Assembly (NCBI GenBank): GCA_964016885.1
Contig: OZ024743.1
Location: 284,642,001-284,706,000 of the forward strand
Reading direction: 5' to 3'
Source of the DNA: Eledone cirrhosa
Lineage: Eukaryota
DNA: 64,000 nt
Positions 1-11,381 of this stretch are shown one piece after another. The translations under genes were made by a program, and so were the position numbers. Position 1 is the stretch's first letter, and every line of letters starts with the position of its first letter. Under the pieces are notes generated by a model. The model was not told where the DNA came from. It saw nothing but the letters and a program-made list of their open reading frames with translations, and made no database searches.

Positions 1-879
1 TTGAATTCAACAAGTAGAAATACATGTTTCCTAGGACACACAATTTAAAATCACCAGTATTATATAGTTATGTTCCTAGTGCTTCAATGCACTGGACTAT
101 AAAATTAGAAATTACTTGGAACTGCCCAAGGGTCATAACATCATGTAAGATGAAGAGTATCAAAGTAGAATAGAGACCATCTTACCCATTTGAGAGAATG
201 TGTTTAATTCATATTTTAAAAAGCAAAGCAATTGATTAAAAATTATAAAGATTCCAATTACATGTTTATTTAAAAGTATTCAAAAATTTTGCAGTAAAAA
301 TGGTTTCTGATTTAGGCACAAGACCAACAATTTGGCTGGAGAGGAAAGTTGATTAAATTGACCTCAGTGTATTACTGGTACTTTTCCTGTTAGCTTAACT
401 TACTCAAACATAAAATAAAATTTAATGATCAAATTTAAGAATTTGTAAATTATAATCTAAAAACATACAAATTTTCAGAGCATAGCCAGTTTCTTGCAGG
501 TTCATATATGTTACTTCCTGTGGTGCTCTCAAATAGTAGCTCCATAATTGTGATTATGAAATATAATATATTACTTACAATTAATTATAATATGCATATC
601 ACAATACATAATACATATTAGATAATAGGTGGCCAATTAATCGGTATCGGTTGATAAGACAAGGTGGATTAATTGGTAATCAACAAATTTGCTTATTGGG
701 CATCACTGGAGAAAAATAACCTAATATATTTCTGATGCTTATTTCATTGATCCCAGAGAAATAAATTGACTTTAAAGGCTTTGAACTTGTGATGTAAACT
801 AAATGCCACAAACAATCATCATCATCATCATCATTTAGTTTTATGTGGATCCTTCCATCCACTGCCCTAAGTCTCTTTC

Positions 880-1300
880 TTCTCTTCTTCTTGAGTCATC
901 CCTCTATTGAAAGTGAAGCATGCACAAAGTTCTTGTTCCAGACTCCCTGATCTCTTACTGCAGCAAGATCCCATCAAGTGAGAACAGTGTCCCTTACCAA
1001 CAGAATCCTGATGGTTATGTTTGGATGTCCTACTTGGCACTTTGCATTTGGTGGCCAGAGAAGCAGTTTCCCTGCAAGTTCATCATAGCAGGAAACATGA
1101 CCAGCAAGAGCCAAGTGATGGGATTGAACTTTCAATGAAACTCATAGCATATCACCATAAAGAACTTTGTTGGTAGTGTAACTTTGCCATGAAATGTTGA
1201 ACTTAGTGTAGGAACCATCAACTTGAGCGAACAACACAGAGTTCTGAACCATATAGTAAGGTGGTTTTTGACTATAGCTTTGAAGACTTTGCACTTCATA
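880..1300 (-). mobile_element. Degenerate 3' fragment of an RTE/RTEX-like LINE ORF2
   Basis: Minus-strand translation with stops/frameshifts gives LLYGSE...DGSYTK..NISWQSYTTNKVLYG...LALAGH...LLLWPP....GHP, the typical C-terminus of RTE-group ORF2. It ends in a short (GAA)n tail. Confidence 0.7.
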
Positions 1301-1304
1301 AATC

Positions 1305-1687
1305 TTGGCAGAGTCATTAGAACATGGGATTGAATGCTTTATGGTATTCATTCCAGCTCTCTGTTCTCGGAGTTCCAATCCCACCGAGGACAACTTTACC
1401 TTTCATCCTTTCAAGGTCAATAAAAAAAAAAAGTACCAGTCTAGTACTGGGGTCGATTCTTCCTCTAATATATCTTTCTCACTTCCATTTTCTCACTTTC
1501 TATCTTTCTCTGGAAGAAATCTACTGTACTCAGGCTTGGAGACGGATGGGCTCCGCCAGGCTTCAAATACCCAGGAAACACTGTATATCACTATGGCACC
1601 CCTACAACTCTATCAGGAGTTACATACAAATCTTGGGATGGGAGCTTTCTATACTTTTTGTAGTGAAGTCTGCCCTAAATAAAAAAA
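1305..1687 (+). mobile_element. tRNA-derived SINE, family A variant with extended 3' domain
   Basis: A-box-like TGGCAGAGTC, B-box-like GAGTTCCAATCC and the family core CCTTTCATCCTTTCAAGGTCAATAAA..GTACCAG. These are followed by a ~220-bp extension shared with 11382-11860 and an A-tail. Confidence 0.75.
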
Positions 1688-2576
1688 CATTATTAATAGT
1701 CATATTTTTTAATGATAATAATAATGATTTAGTTTTTAGGCATATGGCCAATTTTGTAAGGGGAGTAAGTGTAGTTGGATATTTCAAACCTAGTATCCTA
1801 CTTTATTGACTGATGAGATGAAAGGCAAAATTATCCTCTGTGGGATTTTTAACTACAGATTGAGGGAACTGAAAATAAACACTGCTGTCGATTTATTTAG
1901 TTTGGTACCTGTCTTCATCTTCATCTTTTTTTAATACTTAGAAGTAGGAGAAAAGTGGAGTGGAGATATGAGGAAAGAGGAAGAATAGAATAGAAAAGAG
2001 AGAAAAGGGAAGGAGAAAATACAAAAAAACTTGATCGGTATGAAATGTGGAAGTATTTGAACTGTATAGATACTGTAAAGCAATGTGATCGCTCTCTAAA
2101 ACATCTGCAACATCTTCACCTCTTTTAATGAGGAAAGGGATGCATCTGGCTGTTCTTTTTTATCTTTTCCTCCTACTCCTCTCTCTATGTAGTAATTAGT
2201 TTTATTCTGCTGTTAGATAACTTTGTTCATTGCTGTAATTACTGTTTACAGCATGTATTTCTCCATGTTTCCGTAATATTTGGCAAATATGCCAGGTAAG
2301 CCTTGGCACTGATTCAGACATTGCATTGTTACTGATATAAGATAAATTAATTGTGATCACATCAATCTGTATGGAAATATTTTCCATTGTAAAAAAGCAG
2401 AAGTAGAAATTTTACAATTGTCGTTGCTTTTCATTCAGTTATCTATTTAGTTAGTTAGTTATTTTTATTAACAGTTTCATTGACAATCATTCTCTTTCAG
2501 TTTCATTGTACTATATTTCTGGCATTAATGTTGGCTTTAAGTTTCCCCTGATCATCCTTTATTTGTTTGGTTCATT

Positions 2577-2942
2577 CATCATCATCATTTCATTTTACGT
2601 CCGCTTTTCCCTGCTTGCAAGGGTGGGACGGGAACTGATTCTGGCTTGATTTTTACAGCTGGACGCCCTTCCTAACACCAACCTCATCTACAGTGAGTGC
2701 TGGGTGCTTTTTTTCCGTGCCGCCTGCACGTCCACTTTACAGTGTGGGCTGGGTGCTTTTTTGCCGTGGCACCTTCACGACTACTTTGCAGTGGAATCAT
2801 CTCATTTTTACAGCTGAGTAAACTGGAGCAATGTGAAATAAAGTGTCTTGCTCAAGGAAACAACACATCACCCGGTCTGAGAATTGAACTCACAACCTTT
2901 CGATTGCAAGGCCAATGCTCTAACCACTAAGCCATGTGCCTC
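2577..2942 (-). mobile_element. tRNA-derived SINE family B (tRNA head, CORE-like body, RTE-derived tail)
   Basis: Minus strand: A box TGGCTTAGTGG, B box GAGTTCAATTC, CORE-like CCTTGAGCAAGACACTTTA. The 3' half matches the RTE 3'UTR at 5890-6050, and it ends in (GAT)n. Confidence 0.85.
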
Positions 2943-3254
2943 CACTGGTTGTTTATCATAATTCCATTAAAACAGTTGCTATCAAAACAGAGTCAAAGGG
3001 AAGTGAGATAAGTAACCAGCTTTGGAATGTTTTAGCCTGTTTTCTTGAAATATTCTGTAATGGTGGCATTAACAGGAGCTATATGGAGCATTTTAATGAT
3101 GTGTCTATTCAGATACTTATGATTTTGTGTCACTTTGTGTCAAATGTATGGTTGTTGTGTAAAATGATTTGTTAGATAATTGCCACATGTCAGCTCTGAT
3201 GTAGTAAACCTATGATTAAATATGTTTCAGCCATGTTTAACCCTTTAGCATTTA

Positions 3255-6170
3255 CACGTAGGTAAACACTGGACGGCTTCAATAGAGTACATGGAGGCCA
3301 TGGAGTTGGCACAAGGAATGAGGAAGGATTCAGACTTCTAGAATTCTGCGACGCCAATGACATGTCGATATGTAACACAAACTTTAAAAAACCCGACAAC
3401 CACCTGATCACCTATAGATCAGGGGAGCACTCTAGTCAGTTAGATTTTATCCTCATCAGAGGACGTGACAGATGGACGGTCGTAAACACAAAAGCCTTCC
3501 CTAGTGAGGAATGTACATCCCAACATAGCTTAGTTGTCAGCGACCTCACGGTCAGAACTAGACGAGCCCTGAAACAGAGGCCAACCTGGAGAAGAAAGAT
3601 CTGGAAGCTGAAAGTCCCCTCAACCAGTAACAGATTTAAAGATATTTTACTCAACGCCTACGACAGTAAAGAAGAACAGATAGAGACATTTAACGTAGAA
3701 GAGAACTGGGAGTTCCTAAAAAATAACTTACTAGAGGCGACGGATGAGGTTTGTGGCTGGAGTAAGACCTCAAGCAGGAGGAGAGTGACTTGGTGGTGGA
3801 ACAATAAGGTAGATGAAGCAGTCAAGGCCAAGAGACAGGCATGGAAAGAATGGAAGAACGGGGGGAGCAGGGTACATTACATAGAGACCAAGAGGGAAGC
3901 TAGGCGACAAGTATACTTAGCTAGGAGGGAAGCAGAGGATAGAAAATTCAAGCATGTTTTACAACGTGAGGACCAGAAACAGGAGGTATTCAAGATTGCG
4001 AGGCAGTGTGTCAGAGATAGTTGTGATGTCATTGGAGAGAAGTGTATCCGGAATGATAAAGGTGAGCTTGCCCTCACAAGTGCTGAGAAGAAAGATGCAT
4101 GGAAGAGTCATTATGATAGATTACTAAATGAGGAGAATGCATGGGAAGAAGAGACCCTACCCCACGTAGACCCTATAGAGGGACCAGCAGTACAAGTCAG
4201 CGGCAGCGTAGTAAGTAAGGCAATCAGAGATATGAAGATAGGGAAGGCAACCGGTCCATCGGGTATAGCTGCCGAGATGCTGAAGGCATCTGGGTCTGTA
4301 GGTCACACTATAACCACACGTATCGTTAACCAGGTAATACTAGAGGGGGCCATACCAAAAGATTGGTGCAGTAGCATCATTGTCAACTGCTACAAAGGTA
4401 AAGGCGATGCACTAGATAGAGGAAACTATAGAGGTATAAAGTTGATGGACCAGGTCATGAAAGTAACAGAAAGAGTTATAGCACAGCTGATTAGGGACCG
4501 GGTGAATATAGACGAGATGCAATTTGGGTTTGTTCCAGGGAAAGGCACCACTGATGCGCTCTTCCTTGTGAGGCAATTACAGGAAAAGTACCTAGCTAAA
4601 AGTAAGCCACTCTACTTGGCATTTGTCGACCTTGAGAAAGCCTTTGACAGAGTTCCACGTGCAGTAATCTGGTGGGCTCTTAGAAAACTAGGAGTAGATG
4701 AATGGCTTGTGAAAGCGGTACAAGCCATGTATAGGGGAGCAGTCAGCAAAGTTAGGATTGGCAATGAGTATAGCGAGGAATTTAGCGTACAGGTTGGGGT
4801 CCACCAGGGCTCTGTTCTTAGCCCTCTCCTGTTCATCATAGTCCTGCAGGCAATAACGGAGGAGTTTAAGACCGGATGCCCATGGGAACTCCTGTATGCT
4901 GATGACCTCGCACTCATAGCTGAATCTATGGTAGAACTAGAGAATAAATTCCAAACCTGGAAGCAGGGACTAGAGAGAAAGGGCCTCAAAGTCAACATGA
5001 CAAAGACTAAGGTCCTTATAAGTAGACGAGAAAACAGAACCCAGATCCCCTCAGGGAAATGGCCTTGCTCAGTATGTAGGAAAGGTGTAGGTAGGAACTC
5101 CATTCTTTGCCCCAAATGCAAACAATGGGTACACAAGAGATGTAGCGGGATCTCAGGAAGCTTAATTAAGAATGTAGGATTCACATGCAGCAGCTGTGCT
5201 GAAACAGCAAGCAAACAGCCACAGGAAACAAGTACCACCAATCTCTGGGAGGGCCCTGTAGAAACAGTAGACAGCTTCTGCTACCTAGGTGACCGAATTA
5301 GCAACGGAGGTGGGTGCTCAGAAAGTACAATAACTAGGGTAAGAACGGGATGGAAGAAGTTTAGGGAACTACTACCACTGCTAGCTGCAAAAGGCTTCTC
5401 CCTCAGAATGAAAGGCAGACTGTATGATGCGTGTATCCGAACAGCGATGTTGCATGGTAGTGAGACCTGGGCGCTGAAGGTGGAAGACTTACGTAGATTA
5501 GAGAGAAACGAAGCCTGCATGCTCCGATGGATGTGTAACAGTAATATACGTGAACGACAAAGCATAAATGAATTGAGAGAGAGACTGAGCATAAGAGGAA
5601 TCAAATGCTGCGTGCAGGAGAGGCGGTTACGCTGGTATGGACATGTGATGCGTATGAAGGATGACAGCTGCATAAAAAGGTGCAGAGCACTAGAAGTTGA
5701 TGGAAACCGCGGAGTGGGGAGACCCAAGATGACTTGGGATGAGGTGATAAAAGCCGACCTTACCCAACTACACCTCTCAAAGTCAATGACACACGACCGT
5801 GACTTCTGGCGTCACGCAGTAATACAGGGTACCCGACCTCCCATGGGTACATGCTGAAGCATATAAACAATATGCCCCCCCCCCCCCCCCCACCGCAAGG
5901 TGGTCGTGGAGGTGCCACGGCAAAAAAGCACCCAGCCCACACTGTAAAGTGGACGTGTAGGCGCCACGAAAAAGCACCCAGCACTCACTGTAAATGAGGT
6001 TGGTGTTAGGAAGGGCATCCAGCTGTAGAAATCAAGCCAGATCAGTTCCTGTATGAGCAAGGCATGGTCAGCCGACCAGACACTGCCCACAACAGGACAA
6101 CCCGTCTAACCCATGCTAGCGTGGAAGAACGGACGTAAAACGGTGATGATGATGATGATGATGATGATGA
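3255..6170 (+). mobile_element. RTE-clade LINE (family 1), 5'-truncated, young
   Basis: Starts at the HVG motif inside the AP endonuclease, continues as an uninterrupted RT ORF and 3'UTR, and ends in (GAT)n at 6170. Confidence 0.95.
3362..5857 (+). CDS. RTE LINE ORF2 (partial AP endonuclease, reverse transcriptase, internal PHD-like finger); N-terminally truncated
   Basis: APE motifs SQLDFILIR and SQHSLVV; RT motifs NYRGIKL, QFGF, FVDLEKAFD, GVHQGSVLSPLLF and YADD; C-terminal RRLRWYGHV/GRPK. The frame is open from 3266, with a 1-nt frameshift just upstream, so the annotated Met is not the true start. Confidence 0.93.
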   Translation: MSICNTNFKKPDNHLITYRSGEHSSQLDFILIRGRDRWTVVNTKAFPSEECTSQHSLVVSDLTVRTRRALKQRPTWRRKIWKLKVPSTSNRFKDILLNAYDSKEEQIETFNVEENWEFLKNNLLEATDEVCGWSKTSSRRRVTWWWNNKVDEAVKAKRQAWKEWKNGGSRVHYIETKREARRQVYLARREAEDRKFKHVLQREDQKQEVFKIARQCVRDSCDVIGEKCIRNDKGELALTSAEKKDAWKSHYDRLLNEENAWEEETLPHVDPIEGPAVQVSGSVVSKAIRDMKIGKATGPSGIAAEMLKASGSVGHTITTRIVNQVILEGAIPKDWCSSIIVNCYKGKGDALDRGNYRGIKLMDQVMKVTERVIAQLIRDRVNIDEMQFGFVPGKGTTDALFLVRQLQEKYLAKSKPLYLAFVDLEKAFDRVPRAVIWWALRKLGVDEWLVKAVQAMYRGAVSKVRIGNEYSEEFSVQVGVHQGSVLSPLLFIIVLQAITEEFKTGCPWELLYADDLALIAESMVELENKFQTWKQGLERKGLKVNMTKTKVLISRRENRTQIPSGKWPCSVCRKGVGRNSILCPKCKQWVHKRCSGISGSLIKNVGFTCSSCAETASKQPQETSTTNLWEGPVETVDSFCYLGDRISNGGGCSESTITRVRTGWKKFRELLPLLAAKGFSLRMKGRLYDACIRTAMLHGSETWALKVEDLRRLERNEACMLRWMCNSNIRERQSINELRERLSIRGIKCCVQERRLRWYGHVMRMKDDSCIKRCRALEVDGNRGVGRPKMTWDEVIKADLTQLHLSKSMTHDRDFWRHAVIQGTRPPMGTC

Positions 6171-7494
6171 CTCTATGTATACTATTGTATTTTCATGGTA
6201 AAGGCTTTATCTCACATAATATCGAATCTATGAGATTTTGATGTTATTTATTTTGAGAACAATACCTTAACATCAATATGAGTGGCCAGTTACAGGAAGA
6301 AGTGAGAGAATTCTGGCTAGACATGGCCGGTTTAAATGCTAATGGGTTAACCCATCTTTTATTCAGACATAATGTGCTAAATGTGTCCTTTTATAAAGAT
6401 AGTTTATGTTATAAATAAATTCTTTAAATATGATTGGAATGGCAATTATAATCTTTTCTATATTTCAATTTTCTTTTCTTTATGTAGTTACACTATGAGG
6501 TGATATAGCCTACAGGATATTGTATCAGACTTTGTACTCATGAGCTGTGGGGCAAAACGTCATTGCAGCCATTTGATTGTATTCTGCAAACTGACAGAAT
6601 CGTTAGAATGATATACCTTGTCTAAGGACAAATATATTGTAAAACTTTATTGAGTCAGTATTTCTTAAGATTGCTGTGATAAATTCAACTCCTACAGTTA
6701 AATCATGGTTAAAGCACTCTTAACGAAATTCTATCAACGCCAAAATAAACTCAACATAAATTTTGAACAAATAATATTAAGGTAATATAAATATATATTG
6801 GAGAAAAACTATTTGGTATCAAATATCTGTTTAAAAATGAAGTAGAAATAAATAGTAACTATTAGTCCTTGAATCAAGGTAGTCTGGATAACTCTATTTC
6901 ACATAAGTTTGGAATGTAATTATACATGGAGCCACACTTTTTCTCTTTCCATCCCATTTTTAGAATATAAGTTAGCTCAATATATATATATTTTTTTTTA
7001 ATTTATTACTTGATAAAACTATTTTAGGTCATATTTCTGACTGCCAAATTTTATTCCTACTACTTTGCAACACCTACACATTCCTATACAGATTTTTCTG
7101 TATGTTTATTTGGTATAATATTTTAAATAATCACATCTATAAAACCTACAACAATCATTTAGATTTAATTTCAATCTCCTCCTATTTCTTCAAGTTACAG
7201 GTGATATATATATCTATTTATAGGGTGACTAGCATTGCAGATTTGTTTGTAAGTGAAAGATGTTAGCAGCCTTCTTATTGGTTTGTTACTGCCAAGTAAT
7301 AAGGAATAAATAGGTAGGTTGCTTTATGACTTATTATCAACCCTACCTTTTAATAATCACCCCATAAAGCTGTACTGCTTGTATTCCGGCTGCTAGTTCT
7401 CTGGAAATGTTTAGGATGCCAATAATAGATAGAATTGATTGTGTCAACAAACTGACAGTGAACTCTCCACTCTTATAATATAACAATCAGTGTT

Positions 7495-7920
7495 TAACTC
7501 TTTTGATACCAGACTGACAGAAACCACCCTTGTTCTATGATACTAAACTGTTTATTTTATTTAAAGTGTTTTTATTTATCTAGAAGCCTTCCATTTGGCA
7601 GTATCAGTAGAGGGTTGGACGCCATGCTTTCTAGCATAGTTACGTCCCTTTACGGTTTGAGTTCAAATCCCGTCGAGGTTAACTTTGCCTTTCATCCTTA
7701 CGGGGTCGATAAAATAAAGTACCAGTAGTGTACTGGGTAATTGCTGGCCTTGTGCCAAAAGTAGAAACAATTATAATCTTATGTAAGGATATTTGTTAAA
7801 CTATGCTCTATATACCAGATAAATTATGAAGGTTACTTAATCCTTTGAAATTCTTAATTATTTAAAAAATTATTTTAAAAATAAGTCAGTGTCTTCATAA
7901 CAAAAATGGTAATGAAATGT
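7495..7920. mobile_element. Old TTAA-type MITE interrupted by a SINE
   Basis: Begins TTAACTCTTTTTGATACC and resembles 35690-36065; the right end is degraded. Confidence 0.45.
7595..7774 (+). mobile_element. SINE family A (young)
   Basis: TGGCAGTATCAG A box, GAGTTCAAATCC B box, core GCCTTTCATCCTTACGGGGTCGATAAAATAAAGTACCAG (resembles the MetaSINE/Sauria-type domain, from memory), ATT tail. Confidence 0.9.
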
Positions 7921-9413
7921 ACAAGTAAATCATGTTACCTTTTTTTTTCATTTCAGATATATATGTAAGATACATTGTGCTAAAGATATTCTTTTACTGC
8001 TTTCAATAATTGGGCTGTGGCAATGCCGGGGCACTAATTCAGGTGTATATTTGATTATATTGACCCAGTATTTGACTGGTACTTATTTTATTGATCAAAA
8101 AGGAATGAAAGGCAAATTCAAATGTGTGGAATTTGAATTCAGAATGTTAAGTTAGCTAATCAAATACCTCAAGGTGTTTCCTCTAAGCTCAGTTTCAGAT
8201 AGCGATTATTTATCTCAGTAATACTAAAAAAGGTAATCATGAATATTACAACTTCTATACCCATATTGTAAAGTCAATAGGGCTACACTAAACTTCTACA
8301 TATGGATATCTTTAATTACGGAGGTTTAAGCAGGTATATCACAAAAGTGGATGGGATACATCATCTTCATTATTTTTATTTAAATATGTGTACATGTATG
8401 AATGCAATGTGTGTATACACACACACACACGAATAAATGCGTGTACTTATGAATACATATATGAGTATTTGATGAACATAGTGAATTACTGAGACACACA
8501 TCTTTGGTGTGTTAAAAATTCACTAATTATATGAAGTTGGCTTCCAAAATGATTTCATTCAATATATTTATCTATACTATCAGGATCCATGGAAATTCCA
8601 TGTTCTATAAATGTTCTTTCTATTTTGAGATATAAATTTACAACAGTTTTATTATGTTAAAGATTTTGACTATATCATCAATTTGATCTATAGATAAGAC
8701 TGTCTAAAGCATAAGACTTGATATTGTTCCATTATAATATTTTTTTTCTATTATGTCTTTGATTTCCTTCCATAGTTACAATTGTTGAAAGTGTGAACTT
8801 GCTTTATTATGAACAATTTTGACTCCAATTTCAATTTCATTCCATAGTTAAGGTTGTTAAACATACATCCTGACAAACAGAAGTAAATTATAGATTATTA
8901 CAAGTTATCAAGACTTTTGCACAGACAGTGTTCAAATGATTTCCATTTTGTTGATTGTGTCTAAATATAAACAAATCTCTGAGAATCAATTTTTATTGCT
9001 ATATACATTTTTTGGCAGAGCAATAAAAAGGATGGAATATCAGTTTAGTTGGTGTTTTATTGTTCTTTTTTTCCACCATTGGCTAAAAGAATGTGTTCCA
9101 TTTATAACAAACCGTGGATATGTAAAGCTTACAAATTTGGATTAGTGTGTATGCTTTGGGGAGATAAAAGTACTCCTGCTTTGAACACAGCCATTCATCG
9201 AAGAGAGAACAATATTTATGATTACACTGAGTTGTGTATAGGTTTAGGCCTCTACTTGAACATGCATTCACAGGCACACACATACATTGAAAACCATAAA
9301 AACTCCCATCTCAACTAGCAAAACCTTTAATAACTAAACTTTATGATATTTATTATTTTAGTAACATTCACGTAACAAGCCTGGTTGACATATGAGCATT
9401 GCTTTTAGGCTTC

Positions 9414-9416
<3 letters not shown>

Positions 9417-9492
<76 letters not shown>
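9417..9492. repeat. (TA)n microsatellite
   Basis: Pure TA run. Confidence 0.98.
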
Positions 9493-9495
<3 letters not shown>

Positions 9496-9691
9496 TCATC
9501 ATCATCATCACCGTTTTACGTCCGTTCTTCGACGCTAGCATGGGTTAGACGGGTTGTCCTGTTGTGGGCAGTGTCCGGTCGGCTGACCATGCTCATACGG
9601 GAACTGATTCTGGCTTGATTTCTATAGCTGGATGCCCTTCCTAACACCAACCTCATTTACAATGTGGGCTGGGTACTTTTTTGCCGTGGCA
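9493..9691 (-). mobile_element. 3' tail of RTE family 1 or SINE B, 5'-truncated
   Basis: Reverse complement matches 5915-6170; the (GAT)n tail abuts the TA array. Confidence 0.85.
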
Positions 9692-9888
9692 TATATATAA
9701 GGAAAAGAAATCTAAAATGGAACTGGAGTCTTTTTAAGAATATTTATTTATTTCCTTTACCGGTTTCACAGTTCTTATGCTTTTCACAAGTATAATTGAG
9801 ATGGAGGGTTTGTGTTTTGTCTCGCAAGATGTGAGACAAACCACAAACCTCAATTATACTTTTGAAAAGCATAAGAACTGTGAAACCG
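9692..9888 (-). mobile_element. Penelope-like terminal-repeat remnant with inverted duplication
   Basis: 128-bp hairpin at 9761-9888, and a hammerhead-like motif followed by AATAAA on the minus strand. Confidence 0.55.
9754..9791 (-). ncRNA. Minimal type-I hammerhead ribozyme motif, U3-A8 variant, degenerate
   Basis: ACTT GTGAAAA GCA-taagaac-TGT GAAA CCGG TA AAGG; the inverted copy at ~9858-9888 has the core TTGAAAA. Confidence 0.5.
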
Positions 9889-9977
9889 TTCTTATGCTTT
9901 TTTAGCATTTACAAACATTTCAGCCAGTAAATACAATGTACGCACGCATGCACGCACGCACACACGCACCCGCACAT

Positions 9978-10024
<47 letters not shown>
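9978..10024. repeat. (CA)n microsatellite
   Basis: Pure CA run. Confidence 0.97.
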
Positions 10025-10028
<4 letters not shown>

Positions 10029-10310
10029 TGTGTGTTGTATTTACTGGCTGAAATGTTTGTAAATGCTCAAAATCAAGAACAAGTTGATTATGAAGACCAG
10101 TGTATGAGAAAATAACATACAATTTACACAAGAGATATAGTCAATGAAATCATTATCATCATTTAACATTTGTTTTTTCCTATTAACGAGGTTTGGATGG
10201 GTCATCATATACCAAGTCATCCATAGTATATTACTGGGAATTATTTTATCAATCAACATCAATCGTATTTGGATTTAGATGTGAGAGTTTTAATTGTGGA
10301 TAGTTTAAAC

Positions 10311-10464
10311 CAGTCATGGGAAAACTATAGCCTGCGATCTGCATGCAGCTCATTTAGCTTTCTGAGTGGCACACCTAATTTCAAAATTGCCTTAAATTTT
10401 TTAGTAGTGCCCTTTGAGCCACATCCTATGTGGCCAACTGCTCGAGAAAGGTTGCCCATGCTTG
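10311..10464. mobile_element. hAT (Charlie-like) MITE
   Basis: TIRs CAGTCATGGGAAAAC / GTTGCCCATGCTTG; degenerate 8-bp TSD GTTTAAAC / GTTTCATT. Confidence 0.6.
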
Positions 10465-11381
10465 GTTTCATTCTAAGTTATTGCAGCTAACTCTCCCATG
10501 TGTTCCTCAATATAATCATTATGGTTTTTTAATCTTGGTACATAACCATATATTTGTATTGAAGAGAGGAGTAATTCTATCAATCTCTAAAACATAATTG
10601 GTACTTTGTTGAGATTTGAACACAACATAAGGAGACACAGACTAAGTGCAATATAGTAATTAGTTTTCACTCCATTATTTCTGCTATTCCACAACAACCC
10701 TTATCAGTTTTACTTTTATATTTCCACACTGACTGATCTGTAATATATCATTCTGTCAATGTGATCTTGTATAATGTCTTCTGTGATGTTCAATCTTCAA
10801 AAATATGTCCTGCTATATTTCTATCAATGTCTATTTCAAGCCAGTTTCTTTTCCCAAAACATCTGAGGCTTTTAACCTATGACAAATAAGCTTATTCATC
10901 AACAGTTTCCCATACTGCTTACATTTGAACTATATTGTCTCTATTATTTCTACTGCAACCACAAAGGACTTCCATTCTCTAAAACATTAACACTCACACA
11001 CTGTCTTCACTACCTAAGCCTACATGATGTCCTCAACTCTTTTCCTGTCTTATCACTTATTCTATAGATATAATATTCTACACACTTCTGAAGAACAGCA
11101 GCTCTTTTTGTTTTGCTTTCTATCCAACTGCCAGCCTACAATGACTTAAATCCATTATTAACTGCAATAACCTTAGTTATTCTATATTCTCAGTGTAAGA
11201 TGGCTTAGACAATAGACATTATTCCTCTAATTGAGATTAATTATAACATATTAAGAAGGCCTCCATGTTAAAGAGTATAAAAAGGCCTTAGGCATTGTGT
11301 AGGAAGGGAGCAGGGCATATGATGGCTGTACTCTTAATTCACTTCTATATTATTTCTAAAATACAGTATACTGCTAATTAA

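Larger units (their letters stand above)
3237..6350. mobile_element. TTAA-flanked piggyBac-like MITE (~200 bp) split by the RTE LINE
   Basis: Left end TTAA|CCCTTTAGCATTTA (3237-3254) and right end TAAATGCTAATGGG|TTAA (to 6350). Segments 3241-3256 plus 6171-6346 rejoin into a copy collinear with the uninterrupted element at 57440-57650. Confidence 0.8.

Noticed and set aside
2252-2301. Plus-strand 44-nt exon candidate (TTTACAG...CAG|GTAAGC)
   Set aside because: Weak tract, no recognisable peptide, and the opposite strand to the other signals. It cannot be excluded without RNA data.
2860-2942. tRNA gene-like sequence (also ~62600-62679 and SINE A heads)
   Set aside because: A and B boxes are present, but there is no complete acceptor stem or terminator, and each continues into a SINE body.
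4612-5727. 209-aa and 148-aa minus-strand ORFs (also 15475-16365 on plus)
   Set aside because: Antisense shadows of RTE ORF2, extended by microsatellite.
3255-6170. Autonomous active LINE
   Set aside because: The 5'UTR and the N-terminal part of the endonuclease are missing, and there is a frameshift near 3270.
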